Shown here piece by piece: positions 26,310-32,000 of a stretch of DNA of 32,000 bases. How positions within the stretch are numbered: position 1 is the stretch's first letter; each line of letters starts with the position of its first letter. The notes below the pieces were generated by a model. It was not told where the DNA came from. It did no database searches and saw only the letters and a list, made by a program, of their open reading frames with translations. The translations under genes were made by a program, and so were the position numbers. Source of the stretch: Candidatus Saccharimonadota bacterium (GTDB taxonomy: Bacteria > Patescibacteriota > Microgenomatia > UBA1406 > GWC2-37-13); NCBI GenBank assembly GCA_016700135.1, contig CP065004.1, positions 990,001 to 1,022,000 of the forward strand, read 5' to 3'.

Positions 26310-26334
26310 AACCGCCAAAGAGGCGGTTTTTTTT
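26310..26334 (+). terminator. Intrinsic terminator ending 10 nt before the start codon of the downstream gene (attenuator terminator)
   Basis: Stem AACCGCC (26310-26316) pairs with GGCGGTT (26322-26328) around the loop AAAGA. The T run extends to 26334, giving 8 T in total. Confidence 0.65.
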
Positions 26335-26344
26335 CACAAAGTGT

Positions 26345-27730
26345 ATGTCAGAACATTCGAAACAATATTCAACAATTGACATGATCGACTTTAACAAAGT
26401 CGAATTGTCCCAAGAACTTTTGGGAAGCTATTCTCCTTTAGCTTTACGCGTTTATGAACGCGGAAGAAGGGGTCATCAACGATTGCATAATCCGACACAT
26501 GCACCTTTTGATGAAATGTCTGTTCAAATTCCTGCTCATAAGTATATCGAGAGAATGAATCGTGAAATGTTTGAATACATTTGTGATGTATACGATGTTA
26601 CGCCGGATCGTGCTGAAGATATCCTCTTTAATGCATTCAGCGATGCAAACCGTTTAGTCACGAGTACTCTTGCACATGCTTTACCTGAGGAGCATGCAAC
26701 ATCATTCGGATTACGGAATGAGGTTTTATCATTCGTGGCGGATGAACCCGGTGACCGTATCTGGCAGATGGCGCATCAGGCACGTGATGATCGGGAAGAA
26801 TTTCAGTTATTCCAGCAACTGCAGTTGGCTCATCCTTTGATAGATCTCCATGCAAGCTATCCGCAGAGACGCGTGAAGGGTCTGCTCTATCGCATGCAGG
26901 GACTTCTGAATGAAGATTTGTACAACGGAGAAAGTCATAAAGGTAATGATGATCTGCATTTTGCGACATGGCACAATCCTGAGGATAATGCGTTTTTAGG
27001 ATATGATCCTGTTATCGGCGGAGTACCGCTTTTTCACAACGTATCTGCAAGAAGGCTAAAAGACGGCAATAACAGTATTCATATTATGACTAATTTCCGT
27101 GAAAAGGATCCGCATACTGCAATGGGTAAGTTGTTAGCCAAAACACTAATGAACGGTGATCCGGTCCTTGATATGCACCGTCATGTACAGGATCTGGCAG
27201 GATTGAGATTGACTGTTCTCGGCGGGACCAGGGAGCGGGACATGGTCTATCAGAGAGTCCTGGATGTGTTGAATGAACGAATGATCAAGCAGGCCAGAGA
27301 GCCGTTATCTTCCTCGAAGCTGCATATTGCTGACATTGAAGATGATTGCCACATTGACGGCCGCTCGAAAAACGGACATATTGACTGGAGACGCAGCAAA
27401 GTATGGCTCATAGATCCTTCAAAAGGGACAATAATGAGACAGCCCATTGAGCTGGTTGTTGATGATTACGGGCTGCTCATGAACGGAAGCTACTATATCG
27501 GAGATAAAAATGATCCGAGACTTCCTGAAGCTCATCTTGAGTTTGAAAGAAAACGTGCGCAGAATCCTTTATTCGGGTTTCTCTTTCCCACTGATGTATA
27601 CAGATCTGCTTATGAATCTATCGACATTGAAGGGGAAATGGCAAAGAAACGCGATGAAAACCGACGCGCATTGAGAATACATCCTGAGGCTCCTCAGGAA
27701 TTAGTTCTGGGAGACGGTATTGTTTGGTAA
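26345..27730 (+). CDS. Divergent RelA/SpoT synthetase-fold (nucleotidyltransferase) protein with a ~240-aa unknown N-terminal region
   Basis: FREKDPHTAMGKLLAK matches GRVKxxxSxxxKxxRK. VQDLAGLRLTV matches xQDIAGLRIxx. NGHIDW matches xGYRSxH. PIELVVDD occupies the position of EIQIRT, with the Glu kept and the Gln and Arg replaced. Confidence 0.55.
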   Translation: MSEHSKQYSTIDMIDFNKVELSQELLGSYSPLALRVYERGRRGHQRLHNPTHAPFDEMSVQIPAHKYIERMNREMFEYICDVYDVTPDRAEDILFNAFSDANRLVTSTLAHALPEEHATSFGLRNEVLSFVADEPGDRIWQMAHQARDDREEFQLFQQLQLAHPLIDLHASYPQRRVKGLLYRMQGLLNEDLYNGESHKGNDDLHFATWHNPEDNAFLGYDPVIGGVPLFHNVSARRLKDGNNSIHIMTNFREKDPHTAMGKLLAKTLMNGDPVLDMHRHVQDLAGLRLTVLGGTRERDMVYQRVLDVLNERMIKQAREPLSSSKLHIADIEDDCHIDGRSKNGHIDWRRSKVWLIDPSKGTIMRQPIELVVDDYGLLMNGSYYIGDKNDPRLPEAHLEFERKRAQNPLFGFLFPTDVYRSAYESIDIEGEMAKKRDENRRALRIHPEAPQELVLGDGIVW

Positions 27731-28663
27731 GGACTTTAATTCGTCGGCGATTGCTTTACTGATACTGACTTCCTGCATTTTTTCAAAACGATATTCTTCT
27801 TTGAGAGCGATCGTATCTGTCGTAAAGAATGCCTGAAGCGGTGAGTTTTGCAGTTTTTCCGCTGTTCCTTCTGCAAAATCCCGATGGACAATTGCGGCAA
27901 TGACGCTGGTGGCTCCCTGTTCCAGGGCAAATTCTGCGGCGTGGATGAGAGTACGTCCCGATGTTGCGACGTCGTCAACGATAATCGCAGTCTTGTCTTT
28001 TACGTCTCCGTAGAGATTCAGCGCTTTACTTTCATGCATATGCTGAAGATCACGTTTCTTTTCCGTGACGGCAAGATTGAAATCAGAATGTCCGAACAAC
28101 ACTTCCCCGAATTTTCGTGCCCGTTCGATTCCCCCCTGATCCGGAGAGATGACGGCTACGTGCTCGGGATCTGCCTGGATGTTGTTTACCTGAAGGTATT
28201 TATGAATTTCTTCGGCAAGTACGGGAAATGCGGAAATATTTTTAAACGGAATATCAAATACTCCTTCAGTTGCCTCATCATGCAGATTGACAGTGTAGAC
28301 TTTGTGGATCCCGATAGATTCAAGGAACCGGATAATAACATTTGCCGAAACACATTCTCCGGGACGATGCTGGATATCCTGTCTGGCATACCCGAAATAT
28401 GGGATCATTGCAATAACACGTCTTGCCTCTTCCCGTCTCAGAGCATCAGCCATAAGAAATAGTTCCATGAGATTTGAATTGGTGGGGTTCGATGTCGACT
28501 GGATAATAACACAGGTATCATTTTTGACGTCTTCTTCCACGCGTACCCGCACCTCTGAATTCTCAAACTGTACAACTTCAACTTTTGCTAGCGATTGGTT
28601 GAGCCCATTTGCAACTTGTTCTGATAAGGGTTGATTTGATGTACCGGAAAAGAGTTTGAGCAT
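27701..28663 (-). CDS. prs: Ribose-phosphate pyrophosphokinase (PRPP synthetase)
   Basis: Carries MLKLFSGTSNQPL, MIPYFGYARQD and the PRPP-binding loop AIIVDDVATSGRTL. Start set at MLKLF, because the longer track ORF translates an intergenic repeat. Confidence 0.93.
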   Translation of the reverse strand: MLKLFSGTSNQPLSEQVANGLNQSLAKVEVVQFENSEVRVRVEEDVKNDTCVIIQSTSNPTNSNLMELFLMADALRREEARRVIAMIPYFGYARQDIQHRPGECVSANVIIRFLESIGIHKVYTVNLHDEATEGVFDIPFKNISAFPVLAEEIHKYLQVNNIQADPEHVAVISPDQGGIERARKFGEVLFGHSDFNLAVTEKKRDLQHMHESKALNLYGDVKDKTAIIVDDVATSGRTLIHAAEFALEQGATSVIAAIVHRDFAEGTAEKLQNSPLQAFFTTDTIALKEEYRFEKMQEVSISKAIADELKSLPNNTVSQN

Positions 28664-28670
28664 GGTCGTT

Positions 28671-28770
28671 AGGTTGTAGCTGGTAGGCCCGCCGTTTGGC
28701 GGAGTTGGCTGTAGGTTATTGGTAATTCCAGTAATCATTCATACCGGCTACCAGCTACCACCTACGCCTT
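28671..28770. repeat. Intergenic hairpin repeat, copy A (MITE/REP-like)
   Basis: About 100 nt. The terminal arms AGGTTGTAGCTGGTAGGC and GCCGGCTACCAGCTACCACCT pair in 16 of 18 positions. By hand alignment it is about 85 percent identical to copy B. Confidence 0.8.
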
Positions 28771-28776
28771 GAGATC

Positions 28777-29031
28777 TTACTGATTCATTTCCATGAGCTT
28801 GCGTGCTGCAAGTTCCTGTGTTTTTTTGACGGCATCATTGATTGCTTCGGCAACACGGTTTTCCATAACGCCGTCTATTTCGACATTAAGAATTTTCTGG
28901 TCTCCCCGCATTGTAATGGTGACACCGTTTTTTTCGACCGTTACTTCTTCTTTCTGAAGGGCTTCCTGCATTTTCTTGGCCTGTTGTTGTAATTGCTGCA
29001 GATTTCCGAGTCCTTTAAGTGGGTTAAACAT
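28777..29031 (-). CDS. ybaB: YbaB/EbfC-family nucleoid-associated protein
   Basis: 84 aa with N-terminal GNLQQLQQQAKKMQEALQK and a core V..NGVTITMRGDQKILNVEID, typical of the family. It sits next to dnaX, as in many bacteria. Confidence 0.88.
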   Translation of the reverse strand: MFNPLKGLGNLQQLQQQAKKMQEALQKEEVTVEKNGVTITMRGDQKILNVEIDGVMENRVAEAINDAVKKTQELAARKLMEMNQ

Positions 29032-29040
29032 AGTAAATTT

Positions 29041-29140
29041 ACGTGTAGCTGGTAGATCCGCCGACGGGCGAAGTAGGCTGTAGGTTAATGATAATTCCAG
29101 TAATGATGATTACCGGCTACCAGCTACCACCTACCGCCTT
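29041..29140. repeat. Intergenic hairpin repeat, copy B
   Basis: Same architecture as copy A: GTAGCTGGTAG ... CTACCAGCTAC arms, an internal small GC hairpin and a shared TAATTCCAGTAAT core. Its right end abuts the dnaX stop codon. Confidence 0.8.
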
Positions 29141-30183
29141 TATGATTTATTTCGACTATTATAAAATTCTACCACAACGAGTTCAAGGGGGAGAGCTTCG
29201 ATCGGAGATATTCTGATTCCGTTATATGCCTCGTGCAGCAGTTTGATAAGCATCGAAATTTCCCTCATGGTATAGATGAGTTCCGTCTCGGTTGATTTCC
29301 CGGTGCTTTTTGCAAGAAGTAGGATATGCAGGACGCTAAGCATATCTTCAATTGCACGTTTGACATTTCCGCCTGACTGGATAAAATCGTCAACCCACTG
29401 CATACTTTCGGCAAGTGTCCCCTTTTGCATAATTTCCAGAAGTGTTCCTTTTGCCCGGACGCCAAGATATTCCTGTGCAGCCTCAAGAGTCAAAGTATCC
29501 TGCATCACAAGCTCTTCAAACATTTTTGCGGCATCTCTGAAGGAGTTTTCGCTATATGTAGCAATAAGATTTTTCAGTTCTGCGGGAATTGTAACGGTTT
29601 CCTTTTCTGCAATCCGATCAAGCATGTGAATAATGTCCTTTTTATGTGCCCGACCGAAAGGAATTCGTACACACCGTGAGATGATCGTATTCGGAAGCTT
29701 TTCTTCATTTGTTGTGGCCAGTATAAAGATAACAGTTTCAGGAGGTTCTTCCAGGGTTTTTAGGAGTGCATTGAAAGCGTCGGGAGTGATCATGTGGGCT
29801 TCATCGATGATATAGACACGGTATCTTCCGGTCATCGGAGCATAAGATGATTCCCGAATGAGCTTTCTGACTTCTTCAATACCTCGGTTTGATGCCGCGT
29901 CCTGTTCGACCACATCAGGTGAGCTTCCGTTTTCAATCGTAGTACAGTTGTTGCAGCTGTTGCAGGGTTCATACGATGTTCCTTTTCCCGCAAACTTGTT
30001 CTCCAAACAGTTGACTGCTTTTGCAACGATGCGGGCAGTTGAGGTTTTGCCCATTCCTTTCGGACCGATAAATAGCAGGGCATGAGGTAAATCTTTTGCG
30101 GATAGAAGATTTGTTATTTTCGGTCGTACCTGTGAGTTGTCGAGTTCTGTGATAGTTCGCGGTCGGTATTTGAGATAAAACAT
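29140..30183 (-). CDS. dnaX: DNA polymerase III subunit gamma/tau (short, gamma-like form)
   Basis: Carries YRPRTITELD, the Walker A GPKGMGKTSTAR, a Zn module CNSCNNC, DEAHM and the sensor SRC. At 347 aa it lacks tau-specific C-terminal domains. Confidence 0.93.
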   Translation of the reverse strand: MFYLKYRPRTITELDNSQVRPKITNLLSAKDLPHALLFIGPKGMGKTSTARIVAKAVNCLENKFAGKGTSYEPCNSCNNCTTIENGSSPDVVEQDAASNRGIEEVRKLIRESSYAPMTGRYRVYIIDEAHMITPDAFNALLKTLEEPPETVIFILATTNEEKLPNTIISRCVRIPFGRAHKKDIIHMLDRIAEKETVTIPAELKNLIATYSENSFRDAAKMFEELVMQDTLTLEAAQEYLGVRAKGTLLEIMQKGTLAESMQWVDDFIQSGGNVKRAIEDMLSVLHILLLAKSTGKSTETELIYTMREISMLIKLLHEAYNGIRISPIEALPLELVVVEFYNSRNKS

Positions 30184-30191
30184 GACAAATT

Positions 30192-30268
30192 GGGTTGTAG
30201 GTAGTAGATTGTAGCTTGTAGTAACTGTCAGAATTGTAGTTTTGACTACATCCTACCACCTACGAACC
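30192..30268. repeat. Intergenic hairpin repeat, copy C (shorter, degenerate family member)
   Basis: Shares the termini GGTTGTAGGTAGTAG and CTACATCCTACCACCTACGAACC, which are complementary to each other. The right terminus CTACCACCTACG is shared with copies A and B. Confidence 0.6.
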
Positions 30269-30274
30269 ACAAGC

Positions 30275-30631
30275 CTATTTACTGAAAATATTCTGTATTC
30301 CGTGTTCGATAAGCTGATGCATCATTGCCTCAACCTTCTTTTCACGTTCTGCCGCAAGAAGAATCGCCTGCGGATAACATATCACCACTTCTCCGATTAT
30401 ATTCTCCGTCGTATTTTCGGGATCGTTGATGTAGGCAAACGAAAGGACCGGCAATGCCACATCCTCGTTTTTATACGTGAGTGCGACCTGCTTCATTTTT
30501 CTTTTTCCGACAAAAGCAACATTCAGTACGGATGCTGAGTCCACATGATATCTGTCCAGTACTTGCTGGGCAAATGTTTCAATGTTGTTTTTGTTGATTT
30601 TGTATCGGGAAGAACTATAAATATTGATCAT
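30275..30631 (-). CDS. ybeY: YbeY-like (UPF0054) protein, C-terminally short and lacking most of the H3xH5xH metal site
   Basis: Carries LTYKNEDVALPVLSFAY and IGEVVICYPQA, and ends LIEHGIQNIFSK. This aligns with YbeY up to the first His of HGxLHLxGYDH, then the frame stops. Confidence 0.65.
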   Translation of the reverse strand: MINIYSSSRYKINKNNIETFAQQVLDRYHVDSASVLNVAFVGKRKMKQVALTYKNEDVALPVLSFAYINDPENTTENIIGEVVICYPQAILLAAEREKKVEAMMHQLIEHGIQNIFSK

Positions 30632-30634
30632 ATC

Positions 30635-30817
30635 TTAACTCTTTCGATGTCTTTTTTTTGACCGTTCTTTTTCCTGTTCTTTACGTTCCTGAGAAGGTCT
30701 CTTATAGTACATTCGTGAGCGCACTTCATCGACGATATCTTCTTGGATAAACATACGGGTGAATTTGCGGAACATACTGTCTTTTGATTCGCCTTTCTTT
30801 TTCTTAACTACAACCAT
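30635..30817 (-). CDS. rpsU: 30S ribosomal protein S21
   Basis: A 60-aa basic protein with FRKFTRMFIQEDIVDEVRSRMYYKRPSQERK, matching the S21 pattern. Confidence 0.85.
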   Translation of the reverse strand: MVVVKKKKGESKDSMFRKFTRMFIQEDIVDEVRSRMYYKRPSQERKEQEKERSKKRHRKS

Positions 30818-30906
30818 GGGGAGATACTACACCTCTCTTTCAAAAAAAATGAACAATTAATAATGCCAATAAAAAAACTACCCTATTATGGGTTATGCAT
30901 ATTGTA

Positions 30907-31743
30907 TTACATCTTTTTGAGTATTGCAATCATCTGCTGTACAGTGAGAGAAGAAGGAATGCTGTTTGGATTTTTCGAAGATCCGTTGAGAAGCATATGT
31001 TTCGACGCATGCAGAAACCAAGTTGCTTTTCCGTCGACTTCAAGCATCTTTTCGTAGAGCGATGTAAGGTTGTATTTCGGATCGGGCTGAGTTTTTATCC
31101 TCAGTGTATTATTTTCGGGGTCACGGCGGACAACCATTTCATATCCTTTTTTGAGGGCATATTTGACGGCGGCTTCATTTTTCGTTTCCATGACAAGAGT
31201 TTTCCCCCAAGGGGTTTTCAGTATTACGCCTTCCTTTATCTCTCCTTCCGCTTTCAGATTGTTTTTGACGGTAAACAAAATACTGTCCAGGATGAGCATG
31301 ACCATGCTCATGATTTCATGATCACTGGTCAGTTGGCCGCGGAGCGGATAAATGAACTCATGGAGACAGAACGTATACTTCACATCTGTCGGATCCGGAA
31401 ATCGGACTTCACCGAAATTATCAATCGTCGTCACGAAGTTTGTCATTTGCTCCAGTGCTTCAAGATCCCGTTCTTTTATATAACCTTCTTCAGCAAGATA
31501 ATCAAAGACCCGTTTGGTAGCCGACAGTTCTTCACTGAATTGATGATGGTCAAACCTCCCCAGTCCTGTATCAACATGAATAATATCAGGATTCTCATCA
31601 GGTTTCATGCCCTCATAAGTCTCCCCTGCCGGCACAAATGCATGCTCTGCTTCATCCCATCCCGGTAAATATCTTTTGATGAGCCATGAAGACGTTATGG
31701 CATCTAAATCAGGAGACATATGGGTGACTATAAGTTTAGACAT
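30907..31743 (-). CDS. DHH-family phosphoesterase-like protein
   Basis: Has the N-terminal THMSPDLDAITS (compare HxxPDxDAxxS) and GRFDHHQ (the DHH motif). No DHHA1 GGGH motif was seen, so the subfamily is unknown. Confidence 0.5.
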   Translation of the reverse strand: MSKLIVTHMSPDLDAITSSWLIKRYLPGWDEAEHAFVPAGETYEGMKPDENPDIIHVDTGLGRFDHHQFSEELSATKRVFDYLAEEGYIKERDLEALEQMTNFVTTIDNFGEVRFPDPTDVKYTFCLHEFIYPLRGQLTSDHEIMSMVMLILDSILFTVKNNLKAEGEIKEGVILKTPWGKTLVMETKNEAAVKYALKKGYEMVVRRDPENNTLRIKTQPDPKYNLTSLYEKMLEVDGKATWFLHASKHMLLNGSSKNPNSIPSSLTVQQMIAILKKM

Positions 31744-31877
31744 AATAGGATATCAAATTCTTAATTTTATCTTGTTCGTTACCTTCGCTCCAAACTAATT
31801 TGTTGGCCTTGGCGCGACTTTTTATTGCTGGTAGCATCATGTCGCGAATCGGCACAAATCAATTTGTTCGCTTGGTA

Positions 31878-32000
31878 TTAGGACACCAGGTCCTTCAGCT
31901 GTTTTATGGCATCCGTAACTGAAATGATTTTCGCATCTTTTTCATTCCTCTTTTTCCATTCGATCTTGTCCTCTGTACGTTTTGATATGACAAGCCTCAC
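31878..32000 (-). CDS. C-terminal end of an unidentified gene (partial, open at window edge)
   Basis: Hand translation gives ...VRLVISKRTEDKIEWKKRNEKDAKIISVTDAIKQLKDLVS followed by TAA at 31880..31878. It is too short for assignment. Confidence 0.3.
   Translation of the reverse strand: MRLVISKRTEDKIEWKKRNEKDAKIISVTDAIKQLKDLVS

Noticed and set aside
27848-28462. 204-aa plus-strand ORF, and similar long antisense ORFs (1245-1631, 7456-7842, 18380-18817, 21480-22067, 29276-29629)
   Set aside because: Each lies entirely inside a confidently identified conserved gene on the other strand (prs, rplJ, ctp, cysS, rnj, dnaX) and shows no recognisable motif. They are treated as shadow ORFs.
28664-28738. 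N-terminal extension of prs in the ORF track (MITGITNNLQPTPPNGGPTSYNLTT)
   Set aside because: These codons are the translation of hairpin repeat copy A. The conserved PRPP synthetase N-terminus begins at MLKLFSG (ATG at 28663). Similar over-extended starts were trimmed at 9399-9509, 14291-14401, 17725-17805, 21465-21503 and 24834-24857.
28671-30268. CRISPR array, or a diversity-generating retroelement TR/VR pair, as explanations for the three repeats
   Set aside because: The repeats are 80-100 nt and are separated by whole genes rather than by 25-40 nt spacers. They are self-complementary and intergenic. Copy B has adenine at about half of the A/B mismatch positions, but not all. No reverse transcriptase or variable-protein C-terminus is present. 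Neither a CRISPR nor a DGR model fits.
30871-30893. Terminator after the DHH-like gene (ACCC-TATTAT-GGGT followed by a T run on the minus strand)
   Set aside because: The stem is only 4 bp and is separated from the T-tract by 2 nt. This is too weak to call without transcript data.
30895-31668. 257-aa plus-strand ORF
   Set aside because: It is a complete antisense shadow of the DHH-like gene (30907-31743). Its composition is Phe/Ile/Cys-rich and low in complexity, and it has no motifs. The minus-strand frame carries the recognisable DHH motifs.

Overview
Compact, gene-dense bacterial chromosome segment. Both strands are coding, many gene junctions are 0-10 nt, and three convergent gene pairs have touching or overlapping stops. 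Most genes are housekeeping: gyrB (partial), rplL-rplJ, rpmE, a short class-I release factor, hisS, HtrA- and Ctp-type proteases, rpsF-ssb-rpsR, a GT39-like membrane glycosyltransferase, a SIMPL protein, an ADP-forming acyl-CoA synthetase, a MurF-like ligase, cysS, an alpha/beta hydrolase, tRNA-Pro(CGG), a DUF59 protein, RNase J, recR, prs, ybaB, dnaX, a ybeY-like gene, rpsU and a DHH-like protein. The genetic code looks standard, since TGA, TAA and TAG each close conserved genes. The gene set and compaction resemble small-genome uncultured lineages such as Patescibacteria/CPR, but that is inference only. The most interesting locus is 23858-27730: a methyltransferase, then a very divergent RelA/SpoT-type HD hydrolase-like gene, then a very divergent RelA/SpoT synthetase-fold gene. 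The last two are separated by a 218-nt spacer holding a 24-codon leader ORF, mutually exclusive RNA pairings and a terminator that ends 10 nt before the synthetase-like start codon. This looks like a split alarmone or toxSAS-like module under attenuation control. Other notable items: (1) an ~80-100 nt hairpin repeat family filling every spacer of the ybeY-dnaX-ybaB-prs cluster; (2) a ybeY-like gene that stops inside its catalytic His motif next to one repeat; (3) a release factor lacking domain 1; (4) a frameshifted IS481-like element with inverted repeats; (5) an orphan 370-aa protein with a HIT-like motif; (6) a recurrent -10 hexamer 4-10 nt before start codons, suggesting widespread leaderless mRNAs. 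No rRNA genes or CRISPR arrays were seen.
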